A stretch of DNA of 64,000 nt. Source: Polyangiaceae bacterium. Lineage in GTDB: Bacteria > Myxococcota_A > Polyangia > Polyangiales > Polyangiaceae. The translations under genes and the position numbers were made by a program. Shown one piece after another: positions 39,353 to 48,012 of the stretch (position 1 is its first letter; each line of letters begins with the position of its first letter). Location: positions 512,001-576,000 of the forward strand of contig CBDCTZ010000014.1 in NCBI GenBank assembly GCA_965222375.1, read 5' to 3'. The notes under the pieces were generated by a model. It saw only the letters and a list, made by a program, of their open reading frames with translations. It was not told the origin of the DNA and searched no databases.

Positions 39353-40180
39353 CTAGCGGACGCGTTCTCGCAGTAGGTAACGCCCGAGGACTTCCAAGTG
39401 GGCCAAGTGCGTCGATTCCGCCGGAGCAAAGTGGGAGGCAAAAAACAGCGCGCTCGAAGCGGATTTCAGTTCTGGCGCGGAATTGGTCACCAGCGCGTTT
39501 TCTACCTGGGACCGAATCTCTTGCGACAGCTCGTTGGATGCAGCAAGCACATCCGCCGGAATCGGCCCCGCGCGTTTGAGCACCCGCACATCCGCGTCGC
39601 CCCAGCCTGCGCGAGCCACATCGCCAGCGGCGTCGAGATGTACATAGGTGGCGCCGACACTCCGCGGGTCTTCCGCCACCGCGCGAACCATTGCGTCGTG
39701 GCTCTGGGCGAAGTTTTGTGAGGCGAAGACCGTGTCCGGGTTGACGCCGTCTGCACGCAGAGCCGCGCGAATGACCAAGTAACCGGATGCGCTTTCTGCG
39801 TCCACCCAGACCGCGCGAGCCTGGCGCAAGTCATCGACACTCTGGATCTGGCTGTCCGCCCTGGTGAAGAGGGCAGCCCAGAACCAGGATTGATCCCCTC
39901 GGATCGGCAGAACGATGGGAGAAGCATCTTTGGGGATTGCGCCGAGGGCGACGACTGGAGGAAGCCAGGCGAGCTCCACTTCGCCGAGTCGCAGGCGGCG
40001 CAACAGGCGGTCGTAGCGGGGAGCGGCATAGGGGGAGATCTTGAGGCCTGTGGCATCTCCTAGCGCGCGGCAGAAGGCATCCAATTTGGCTCGGGTCGGA
40101 GCTAGACTCGTTTCGTCTCGCCGCCTTTCGGCGCGACCGAGTTCGCTGAGGGCGACGCCCATGCGGATGCGATCCGTCAC
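39353..40180 (-). CDS. PhnD/SsuA-like substrate-binding-fold protein
   Basis: ELAWLPP, SIxDL-like segment, D.ESASGYL, SHD.V and GPIP.D motifs; no obvious signal peptide. Confidence 0.8.
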   Translation of the reverse strand: MTDRIRMGVALSELGRAERRRDETSLAPTRAKLDAFCRALGDATGLKISPYAAPRYDRLLRRLRLGEVELAWLPPVVALGAIPKDASPIVLPIRGDQSWFWAALFTRADSQIQSVDDLRQARAVWVDAESASGYLVIRAALRADGVNPDTVFASQNFAQSHDAMVRAVAEDPRSVGATYVHLDAAGDVARAGWGDADVRVLKRAGPIPADVLAASNELSQEIRSQVENALVTNSAPELKSASSALFFASHFAPAESTHLAHLEVLGRYLLRERVR

Positions 40181-40264
40181 CGCTCCGAGCTACTCGGGGC
40201 AAGCCCGGCGGAAAAGGGGCGCCGCAGGTCGCGGTGATGGAAATCGTGTACGCTTGGCCCACCG

Positions 40265-41221
40265 ATGTTCGAAAAAGCGCCGCTCCTTCTGGCCGCGAGT
40301 GTCGTCCTCTGCGGGTTTTTGGCTGAAAGCTGCAACAATCCCGATCGCCGCCCTCCGGGACGATCTCTAGGCGGAACCGGGGCGGTGAAAGGTTGTACGG
40401 ACGGGACGGGGGGCGTGATGCAGCAGGATGCGTCCGCATCGGGAGCGGCCGCAGGGGTGGGCGCGGCTGGAAGTGGTGGGAGCGGTGCGACCGCAGGCGC
40501 CGCCGGAGCTGCCGGCGGCGGGGGCACCGCCGGGGGCAGTACGGATGGTGGGCCAGCAGACGCGGGAAGTGCCGACGCCTCCAGTGGGGGAGTGACGAGT
40601 TCTGGCGGCACGACGGCCTCGGGCGGCACTTCAAGCGGAGCCGCTGGCTGCGCCGGAGCAGGTACGGGTGGCGCAGCGGCTCTCGATTACGGGCTGGTGG
40701 GCTGCCAGTTCACGCAGAGTTGCAGCGATGACGTCTCTTGCCAGAGTGCCACGAAGCTGGTGACCACTATCAAGAGTCAATGCGGTGGCAGCTACGACAC
40801 CACTCCGTGTGATCCCACTGACCGGCTCGGGGCCTGTGTCGCCCAAAAGGGTAACCAGTGCACGGCGCTGTGGCTGTCCGGCCCCTTCTTCACCACCGAA
40901 GACGCCGAGGCAACCTGCAAAGCGGGTTCGGGTAGGTACATCGCGGCTGGACGCTGCTCGGTGGAAATGCGCTGCGATGGCGGGAAGAAGCTCGGGACCT
41001 GCGTGGACTACGGCGCTGGCTATACCGAAGTCGAGATCAAGACTCGCTGCGCGGCGGGGGACTTCGACACGAATGATGGTTGCGAGCAGAAAGATACGAT
41101 CGGCAGTTGCCTAATCGCTGACGAGAAACACTGCGCCACTCTTTGGTATTCCGACGAGGTGTTTTCCTTCTCCCAGGCCAGCGACGACTGCGACGCTCGG
41201 GGCGGACATTTCCTTTTGTAG
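40265..41221 (+). CDS. Gly-rich lipoprotein with two Cys-rich repeat modules
   Basis: LAES-C lipobox-like segment, Gly linker and a duplicated C..D..G.C....C..LW.S..F...A...C...G module. Confidence 0.7.
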   Translation: MFEKAPLLLAASVVLCGFLAESCNNPDRRPPGRSLGGTGAVKGCTDGTGGVMQQDASASGAAAGVGAAGSGGSGATAGAAGAAGGGGTAGGSTDGGPADAGSADASSGGVTSSGGTTASGGTSSGAAGCAGAGTGGAAALDYGLVGCQFTQSCSDDVSCQSATKLVTTIKSQCGGSYDTTPCDPTDRLGACVAQKGNQCTALWLSGPFFTTEDAEATCKAGSGRYIAAGRCSVEMRCDGGKKLGTCVDYGAGYTEVEIKTRCAAGDFDTNDGCEQKDTIGSCLIADEKHCATLWYSDEVFSFSQASDDCDARGGHFLL

Positions 41222-41223
41222 GT

Positions 41224-42183
41224 CTATTTGCCGCTGCTGGTCGAGGCGTCCCGGGCGTCCTGGCAGCAGCGGAAGCTCACGAAGTAGTAGCGAAACTCGG
41301 GTTCGTGACTCGTCGTGACTGGCCGGCATGCATTGCGGACGTGCCCCCAGGCGCCTCCTTTGAGCGCCGCGAATACGGCGCGCTCGTTGGGACGGTCTTT
41401 GTCGGCCATGGCCCATTCGTCCACGTTGCCCGTCAAGTCGTAGACGCCGTAGTCGCTCACACAACCCGGCTTCGCCCCGCTGGGCACGCCCTGCCAGAGC
41501 CGATCTAGTTCGGCTTTGCTGACAGCCGGATCGTCGGAATACGCTTTCGCAAGGGAAGGATTGATCCAGCGGTTGTCGATGTTGCACTTCTCGGCGGAGC
41601 GCCTCCAGCCGTAGGGAAACGGCTTTTCATCCGGCCCCTCACAGGCTGCGACCCACTCGGCTTCGTAGCAGAGCCGCTTGCCCTTTGCCGCGCATAGTCC
41701 CATCGCGTCATACCAGTCCACCATGACCGGTGGACGTGCGCCCTTCCGGTTCGGGTATTCATACACGTCGATGCAGTAGTCGAGAGGGATCCGTTTCGCC
41801 TTGCATTTCTGTGCGCCCTCTTTGAAACGATGACAAATCGAAATGCGATTGGACTTGTCGTATTCGTTCTTCAGGCAGAAGCGCTCCATCTTCGGGCAGT
41901 AGTCTTTCTTCACGTGCACCATGCCCTCGGGGCACGCCGGGCGTGGTCCGGCTTCCGGCTGCGCCGAGGCCGTGCTGCCCGCCTCCCCGGCGTCCACGCC
42001 GGCGACTTGGGTCGGGGAGGTGGTGTCGGGTTGGGCGCTGACCGGCGACTGAGGCACGTCGGGCGCTGGCTTGGCGTCCGAAGCGCAGCCCCCCGAGGCC
42101 GCCAGGACCATCAAGAGGCCAGCCGCGCCGAGTCCGGGTAGGAGGCGCAGGAGTTTCCCTCGAGCGATGTGCGACGACGCCAT
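41224..42183 (-). CDS. SUMF1/FGE-sulfatase-like domain lipoprotein
   Basis: CPEGMV, YCIDVYEYPN, GKRLC..EW..AC, FPYG, GVYDLTGNVDEW and FRCC motifs. Confidence 0.88.
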   Translation of the reverse strand: MASSHIARGKLLRLLPGLGAAGLLMVLAASGGCASDAKPAPDVPQSPVSAQPDTTSPTQVAGVDAGEAGSTASAQPEAGPRPACPEGMVHVKKDYCPKMERFCLKNEYDKSNRISICHRFKEGAQKCKAKRIPLDYCIDVYEYPNRKGARPPVMVDWYDAMGLCAAKGKRLCYEAEWVAACEGPDEKPFPYGWRRSAEKCNIDNRWINPSLAKAYSDDPAVSKAELDRLWQGVPSGAKPGCVSDYGVYDLTGNVDEWAMADKDRPNERAVFAALKGGAWGHVRNACRPVTTSHEPEFRYYFVSFRCCQDARDASTSSGK

Positions 42184-42216
42184 GCTCGTTGGGGTTACTC
42201 CCTTGTGGCCTCGACC

Positions 42217-42825
42217 TCAACTTCCTGCGTCTTGTTTGGGCGGATCCAACACCGCATGGTGCCGGATCTTGCGCAAGGCCCGGCGGCCAATGCCACGCAC
42301 CCGCAGCAGGTCGTGTATGCGCCTGAAGCGGCCCAGTCGCTCTCGGAGGCGAAGAATCGAAGCCGCTCGCTTCTTGCCGACGCCGGGCAGGCGTTGCAGG
42401 TCCGCGGCGCTGGCCTGATTGAGGATCACCTTTCCTTCAGGTGTGAGTCCAGGGGGTGCGGCTTCGTCGTGAGTTGGCCGCACCGGGGCCGCGTGTCGCT
42501 GCGTGTCTGCTGGCGAGGATGCTGACGCTCGCGCTCGTGGCGCGAAGCCGCTCGAAGGCAACGGAGCGAGCCATGCGGTTCCGGCGCTAGCGTCGAACGC
42601 TAGTCCGCTACCGAGTAGGGCCCCGGCGCTCGGTAGCCGCGTCCAGGAAGCAGCTGCGCCCACCCCTGCCAGTGTGAGCACACCCAGCACCAACGCGGCG
42701 CCGCGCAGGGCGAGTTTGGGCAGCGCCGACGGTTGCGCCTGCGCGGGGGCCGACCAGCGGCCCCCGCGGTGGAGTTCCAATTGCCCACCGGAAAGATCCG
42801 GCGCGCGCTCTTCCACCCAGGTCAT
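42217..42825 (-). CDS. comEA: ComEA-family helix-hairpin-helix DNA receptor
   Basis: TM anchor, Pro/Ala linker and LNQAS..DLQRLPGVGKKRA..I...R...GRF....DL.RVRGIG. Confidence 0.88.
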   Translation of the reverse strand: MTWVEERAPDLSGGQLELHRGGRWSAPAQAQPSALPKLALRGAALVLGVLTLAGVGAAASWTRLPSAGALLGSGLAFDASAGTAWLAPLPSSGFAPRARASASSPADTQRHAAPVRPTHDEAAPPGLTPEGKVILNQASAADLQRLPGVGKKRAASILRLRERLGRFRRIHDLLRVRGIGRRALRKIRHHAVLDPPKQDAGS

Positions 42826-42836
42826 GGTGGCGGCTT

Positions 42837-43076
42837 TCAGGAGAGCTCGGCGACGGCCTCAGCACCATTGCTGCGGCGTGACCCTTGGGGTTTGTCGGCC
42901 CACTCTTCCCGCGGCACGTAGTCGCGGATCTGCATTTCACCGCTCACCGGTGCTGCCTCGAGCTTGACATTCAAGGAGCCATCGCGATTGACGAAGGCCG
43001 CGCCGATGCGCGTCCAGTAGTTGCGCCCGTCGCGCTCGTTGATCACGTAGACGACCTTCAGTTTGCTTTCTTTCAT
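42837..43076 (-). CDS. Small hypothetical protein (79 aa; WTRIGAAFVNRDGSLNV motif), possibly nucleic-acid binding
   Basis: ATG 43076 with GAGAGGA SD; compact beta-rich sequence; ends 11 nt before comEA. The 240-aa ORF-track version is an upstream over-extension. Confidence 0.8.
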   Translation of the reverse strand: MKESKLKVVYVINERDGRNYWTRIGAAFVNRDGSLNVKLEAAPVSGEMQIRDYVPREEWADKPQGSRRSNGAEAVAELS

Positions 43077-43128
43077 GGTTCGTTTCCTCTCTTCGGCGGG
43101 CCGGACTGGCCAGCTCGACCTGGCCTGT

Positions 43129-43144
43129 TGCGACCTCCGTGCCG
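43129..43144 (-). promoter_or_regulatory. Sigma54-type -24/-12 promoter for the small-protein/comEA operon
   Basis: Minus strand CGGCACGGAGGTCGCA has GG-N10-GC spacing and a GGCACG core. Confidence 0.55.
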
Positions 43145-43206
43145 TCGCCGAACTCCCGGATTTTCCCAGGTTTCTTCGGGTTGGCGCCTGGCGAGGCTGA
43201 GGCCCG

Positions 43207-43227
43207 CCGGTGGCGGAGCGCCACCGG
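43207..43227. promoter_or_regulatory. Perfect palindrome CCGGTGGCG-GAG-CGCCACCGG, candidate enhancer-binding-protein site
   Basis: 9-bp perfect arms containing TGGCG-N3-CGCCA; half-sites at 43189-43193 and 43242-43246. Confidence 0.45.
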
Positions 43228-43277
43228 GCTGCGACTCGTTTCGCCAAGTCCTGCCGCTTGAGGGATGATGCGACGCA

Positions 43278-44666
43278 ATGGGTGCCGCAAAGGCAGAGAG
43301 CGACTCGGCCCTGGTCGAAATCCGCCGTGGTCTCTCCTTGGCGCTGCTGTGCTTTGTCCTCATCACTCTGGCGAGTGCCGCCACCCAGCTGCTGAACACA
43401 AATGCCTTGATTGCTGCACGGGATGATCCGCGCGTTGCCCGGAGCGTCATGGCAACCAGTGCGTTGGCGACGCTGCTGTATCGGCTGTTCTACAGCCTGA
43501 TGACGGCATTCCTGGCCGCCGGGGCTGCGCGCATCGCTCGGGTCGGGGGCGGCAGCCACACTCGCGCGTTTTGGACCGCCGCGGTGTGCCTTGGCTTGGC
43601 AGCTGTGATCAACCTGGTGCTACTCAAAGCCGGTGACGCCTTGGCGGTGCTCGTGCTGTACGTGCTCTGCCGCGGCGTAGGAGTAGCGGCGTTGCTGTGG
43701 GGTACGTCACAGCTCGCTGGGATCTACGCCCGCCGATCTGCGGCGGTGATGGCGCTGCTATTCGCTGCCTTCGCCGTGGACCTCGCGTTGCCGTTCTTCG
43801 ATCTGACCAGGAGTGCCTGGGGTAGCGCTCATCCTTGGACACTGCGCTTGCTGACGCTTTCGCCGCAGCTGGCCCTGACCTCGCTCTTCGGATGGGTGGG
43901 GCTGCTCGTGTTGCGAGCGCTGCCCGAGCCCGAGGACGCCGCCGCGCGGGCGGCTTCGGACCGGGCCCAACGCGAACAGGCCGAGCACGACGCCGAAGAA
44001 CAAGAGCCTGAGCCCGACCCGGAGCCCGCGGATGGTGCCAAAGAAGTAGCGGCGGATTGGGATCGCCGAGGGGCCGGTGCCGAAATTGGCGTGGTGGCGC
44101 TGGGTTTGCTGGGCGCAGCCACGCTGCCCCTCGTCGACTTCTTTGGTGACGCCCGAGTGCTCGAGGTCTTGGCTTCGCGCCTCTTTGGTCACGGCGCTCG
44201 CGGCGACGCGACGTCCCTGGCGGTGTTGTTGATCCCGGTGTTCGCTCTGGTCATGGCGCGCGCACTGCTCCGCGCCTATCCTGCGGCGCCCTACCGAGCC
44301 CGTCTCGTATTCGTAATGATGGCGCTCGCTGGTGGTGGCTACACAGTGCACTCGGCCTACGCGTTGGCCTTGGCGCGCTCCGAGGCCGTGAGCCAATGGC
44401 CCGATTGTGACGGCACCGCCCAATCCCCCGGGACTGGCTCGGACGGAATCAGCGGTCCACGGCTCTCGGATGGGCGCCCGTGCGCCCACCTGGCGGAGCG
44501 CCCCGGCATGATGCGTGGCGGCTCCCATGAAATCAGCGTGCGGGATGGCATCGTGCACATCGTGACCCGATTCCCCAGAGATCGGATGCGCTTCTTCGGT
44601 GGTACCTTGCTGTCACTATTGGCGCTGGGTTGGTCCGGTTGGCGGGTGTTTCGAATCGCGGAGTGA
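43278..44666 (+). CDS. Polytopic membrane protein, hypothetical
   Basis: About 10 hydrophobic segments with an acidic central linker. Confidence 0.7.
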   Translation: MGAAKAESDSALVEIRRGLSLALLCFVLITLASAATQLLNTNALIAARDDPRVARSVMATSALATLLYRLFYSLMTAFLAAGAARIARVGGGSHTRAFWTAAVCLGLAAVINLVLLKAGDALAVLVLYVLCRGVGVAALLWGTSQLAGIYARRSAAVMALLFAAFAVDLALPFFDLTRSAWGSAHPWTLRLLTLSPQLALTSLFGWVGLLVLRALPEPEDAAARAASDRAQREQAEHDAEEQEPEPDPEPADGAKEVAADWDRRGAGAEIGVVALGLLGAATLPLVDFFGDARVLEVLASRLFGHGARGDATSLAVLLIPVFALVMARALLRAYPAAPYRARLVFVMMALAGGGYTVHSAYALALARSEAVSQWPDCDGTAQSPGTGSDGISGPRLSDGRPCAHLAERPGMMRGGSHEISVRDGIVHIVTRFPRDRMRFFGGTLLSLLALGWSGWRVFRIAE

Positions 44667-45013
44667 TTACAACCAAGTCTCCGCGGCGTCCCGTCTCTGT
44701 GACGGACCGAGCTTTGCCGACTCGGGCGTCCCGTTGAGGGACCATCGTAGCGTTCGAAGTCCACCACCTAGCCGGACCTGTCCGCTTGCTCGAGGTCTCG
44801 TCCTAGAGCGTCGCCGGCGTGCTGGCACAAAGAGGCCTGGATGGCTGCAGGGCTGCCCCAGTCTTTGGCGTAGTAGTCAAAGGCGGCGACGGCAGTGGGC
44901 CCTTTGCGCAGTGTTTCAAACGGCTGCGGTTGTTCGGCGGACGCGGGTTCAAGCTTCCACGGGGAGCGCTGCTGCCCGCTGTGATGTCGCCCTGCGGCGG
45001 TTGCGAGCGCGCG

Positions 45014-45622
45014 TCAGCCCCTCGCGGCGCTGAGTTTGCGTTCGGAATCCGCAAGTCGTTCCTGCGCATCCACGCGGAGCAGATCCGCTTCTTGAAACTC
45101 CGCGCTCGCCAACGCCAGGTTGGCATCGATGGTCGCCATCTCCGCAACGTTCCGCGAGCCACTGCTCTGAGCTCGATGCTTGGCTTTGTTGCGCGCCTTC
45201 TTCGCTGCCGTGCGCCGCTCTTCCGCCCGAGCTAACTCCGCGCGGTCTCGTTCGACACGCGCGGTATAAAACGCGACTGCATTCTCTCGCGAGAAGGTGC
45301 ACAACACAGAAATCTCTTCGGTCAATTCGTTCAGCAGCGCTTCCAGTCGCTCGTATTCCGTTTGCCGAGTCAGCTCGTCGCTTTGGACTTCGGCTCGAGC
45401 GATGGCCACTTCCGCAGCGGCTTTGGCACCGGCAATTTGCGCTGCGGCTTGACCCGTGCCTCGGGCCAGTTCGAGCTCGGCCTGGTGCTGTGCCTTCATT
45501 CGCTCGATTCGAGATTCATGCACACCGTGGATCGCCTTCAGTTCCTTGCGCAACTGAACGATCTCCGCGGTCAGCGCGTTGATTTGCTCTTGAGCTAGGA
45601 GTAGAGGATCCGGTGAACTCAT
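45014..45622 (-). CDS. Coiled-coil hypothetical protein
   Basis: Heptad-like sequence rich in E/A/R/L; ATG 45622 with GAGG upstream. Confidence 0.7.
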   Translation of the reverse strand: MSSPDPLLLAQEQINALTAEIVQLRKELKAIHGVHESRIERMKAQHQAELELARGTGQAAAQIAGAKAAAEVAIARAEVQSDELTRQTEYERLEALLNELTEEISVLCTFSRENAVAFYTARVERDRAELARAEERRTAAKKARNKAKHRAQSSGSRNVAEMATIDANLALASAEFQEADLLRVDAQERLADSERKLSAARG

Positions 45623-45837
45623 CGCGTGCCTCGCGGCGCGCAGAACCAACAAGCCATGCACGCGGATTATGCGATCCCGGGGCCCGTCGGGTCGAATCCC
45701 TGGCAGCCGGCGTCGGCGGCGCCCGCGGCCAAGCCTTCCGTTACGTAACAAACCTGAGGGATTCTAGGGGCCTACGAGGGCGAATTTGCTTGGGTTTTGT
45801 GCCCATGATAACCCGTTGTTCCCGGAGGATCAGCCCC

Positions 45838-46923
45838 ATGACCGACTCGAAGCTCACCCCCCGCCTCACTCGCCGCGACGCCCTGAAAGGGGCCGCCGGA
45901 GCTGGCGCTGCCTTAGCGCTCACGTCGGAAGTCGCTGCGGCACTACCCGAAGCATCGAGCTTGATAGCCAAGCCGCCCAAGGGATTCGTTCCCATGGCTA
46001 TTCCCGGCAAGGTCGTGAAGGTCTCCGCGAAGGGCGACAGCAAGGATGCGATGCAGCCGAACCTGCTCTGGCCGAAAGACGAGGTAGCCAAGCGGCTGCT
46101 CGAAAAAGCGATGATGGAGTTCACCGGGGCGCCGAACCTGGTGGAAGCCCTGGGCAAGTTCATCCACAAAGACGACATCGTGGCCATCAAGCCCAACGGC
46201 ATCGCAGGCCAGAAGGGCCACACCATGGCCACGAACTACGAGCTGATTCTTCCCGTCGTGGAAGGCCTGCTCAAGTTGGGCGTGCCCCCCGACAAGGTCA
46301 TGGTTTTTGAGCAGTATCCATCGTTCTTGATGGGGACCCGAGTGGGAGTGCGCAAGTGGAAGCTGCCCGAAGGCGTCCAGACCGGCACCCACAACAACAA
46401 GAACCATCCCATGCAGGACGTGCGCATCTATCAGGGGATCCCGACCCGCTACGCCAAGCAGTTCCTGGACGCGACGGCCGTGATCGACATGAGCCAAATC
46501 AAGGACCACTCGATTTGCGGCTACACGGGTTGCCTGAAGAACATCACTCACGGCACCATCAACAACCCCCATGACCACCATGCGCATCAGTGCAGTCCTC
46601 AGATTGCCATGCTGCACAACCACCCGATCGTGACCAGCCGGGTTCGGCTGCACATCACCGATGCCTTCAAAATCATGTACGACCGCGGCCCCCTGGACAA
46701 AGATCCGCGCACCCGGATCCTGCATGGTGCTGTCTACGTCGCGACGGATCCCGTTGCCCAGGACATCGTGGGTTGGAAGGTCGTCGAGGAAGAGCGCAAG
46801 AAGCGCAACCTCAAGACGCTGAAGGAAGTCCGGCGCGAGCCCCGCTATCTGCGTACTGCCGGCGAGCTCGGCTTGGGCGTTGCGGACGAAAACCAGGTTC
46901 GTCTGCAGACTTTCGAGGTCTAG
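45838..46923 (+). CDS. Tat-exported DUF362 domain protein
   Basis: LTRRDALK Tat motif; VAIKPN, KDHSICG.TG.LKN, I.DA and ATDPVA.D motifs; ATG 45838 with GGAGG SD. Confidence 0.85.
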   Translation: MTDSKLTPRLTRRDALKGAAGAGAALALTSEVAAALPEASSLIAKPPKGFVPMAIPGKVVKVSAKGDSKDAMQPNLLWPKDEVAKRLLEKAMMEFTGAPNLVEALGKFIHKDDIVAIKPNGIAGQKGHTMATNYELILPVVEGLLKLGVPPDKVMVFEQYPSFLMGTRVGVRKWKLPEGVQTGTHNNKNHPMQDVRIYQGIPTRYAKQFLDATAVIDMSQIKDHSICGYTGCLKNITHGTINNPHDHHAHQCSPQIAMLHNHPIVTSRVRLHITDAFKIMYDRGPLDKDPRTRILHGAVYVATDPVAQDIVGWKVVEEERKKRNLKTLKEVRREPRYLRTAGELGLGVADENQVRLQTFEV

Positions 46924-47159
46924 GGACCTCAAAGAGGCCTGTTTTCACAGGAAGCCTTGGCGAATCGCGCCTGGGGGGCTACGGTCCGCGCCCTCACAGC
47001 GTGCTCGGTAGCGCCTGCCTGCTTCTCTTCGAGATCGCGGAAAGCCGTTCTGATTCACATTTGTGTGCGCAGCGGCTGCCCGCTGCACCCAGCTTGAAGA
47101 GTGGCTGCATTCGAGATGGATTTTCGTTGAAGCCGATTGAAAATGAGAGAGACAAGTAG

Positions 47160-47474
47160 ATGAATACCCGACTGTACGTGGGCAACCTGGCATTCCACAC
47201 CACTGAGGACGCGCTCCAGCGCGCATTCGCCGAGTTCGGCGAGGTCCAAGAGGCCACTCTAGTTCTCGACCGCGAGACCGGCCGTTCCCGCGGTTTTGGC
47301 TTCGTGTCGATGGTCAGCGCTGAAGACGCCCAGCGCGCCATCAACGAGATGAACGGCACCGAGCTCGACGGCCGTGCCCTGCGAGTGAACGAGGCTGAAG
47401 ATCGGCGCCCCCGGGGTGGCGGTGGTGGTGGCGGTTTCCGTCGCAACGACCGCGGCGGTGGCGGTCGCTGGTAA
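47160..47474 (+). CDS. RRM (RNP-1) RNA-binding protein with Gly-rich tail
   Basis: RNP2 LYVGNL, RNP1 RGFGFV, LDGRALRVNEA and an RGG-rich tail. Confidence 0.96.
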   Translation: MNTRLYVGNLAFHTTEDALQRAFAEFGEVQEATLVLDRETGRSRGFGFVSMVSAEDAQRAINEMNGTELDGRALRVNEAEDRRPRGGGGGGGFRRNDRGGGGRW

Positions 47475-47482
47475 TCGAGTGA

Positions 47483-47516
47483 GTCGAATGCGGCGGTTTG
47501 TGCCGCCGCATTCGAC
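47483..47516 (+). terminator. Perfect 14-bp stem-loop between the RRM gene and the downstream gene (no U-tract)
   Basis: GTCGAATGCGGCGG-TTTGTG-CCGCCGCATTCGAC. Confidence 0.55.
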
Positions 47517-47533
47517 GAACCAGTGAGACCCAA

Positions 47534-47923
47534 ATGGCTCGTTTTCGAAACCGCCAGAGTGAAGCCCAGCAACGCAGTGCCGAGCGCCGTCAGAGAGAAG
47601 ACGAAGCGCCGCGATTGCTGGAAGAAGTTCCGAAGCTGAAGACATTGTGCCTGCGGATTCAGGAGCACAATGCCCATGGCCCGATTGGGGAGTCCAAGTA
47701 CGTGCGCCACATCCCGGTGGCCCACGCGGCCGCATTGGTGGAGTTGCCGTGCATGGACAGCTATTGCGAAGACGGCGGGCACGATGTGACTCGCGAAATC
47801 CTGCGTGCGCTGACATCTGGGGAGACTCAATTCGAGGGCGAAGACCCCTGTCACGGCCACACCAAGACTGCCGACTGCAAGCGCGTGCTGCACTACGTCG
47901 CTGAAGCCACCTACGACGCCTGA
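47534..47923 (+). CDS. Small hypothetical protein with Cys/His cluster (possible Zn binding)
   Basis: Basic N-terminal helix; C-x4-C-x4-H ... C-x8-C pattern; start at ATG 47534. Confidence 0.75.
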   Translation: MARFRNRQSEAQQRSAERRQREDEAPRLLEEVPKLKTLCLRIQEHNAHGPIGESKYVRHIPVAHAAALVELPCMDSYCEDGGHDVTREILRALTSGETQFEGEDPCHGHTKTADCKRVLHYVAEATYDA

Positions 47924-48012
47924 GCCCTCCCGCCTCGAGGGTGTAATGACAAGGCCTGCGCTCTCGCGGGTGACAATCTGGCGCGGCTCCCGTACGCTGC
48001 TCCTTCCGCGGG

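Noticed and set aside
44768..45013. Stop-free minus-strand frame continuing past the TGA of the coiled-coil gene (possible read-through or gene remnant)
   Set aside because: No suitable start codon, no recognisable motif and no SECIS-like evidence; explicable by GC content.
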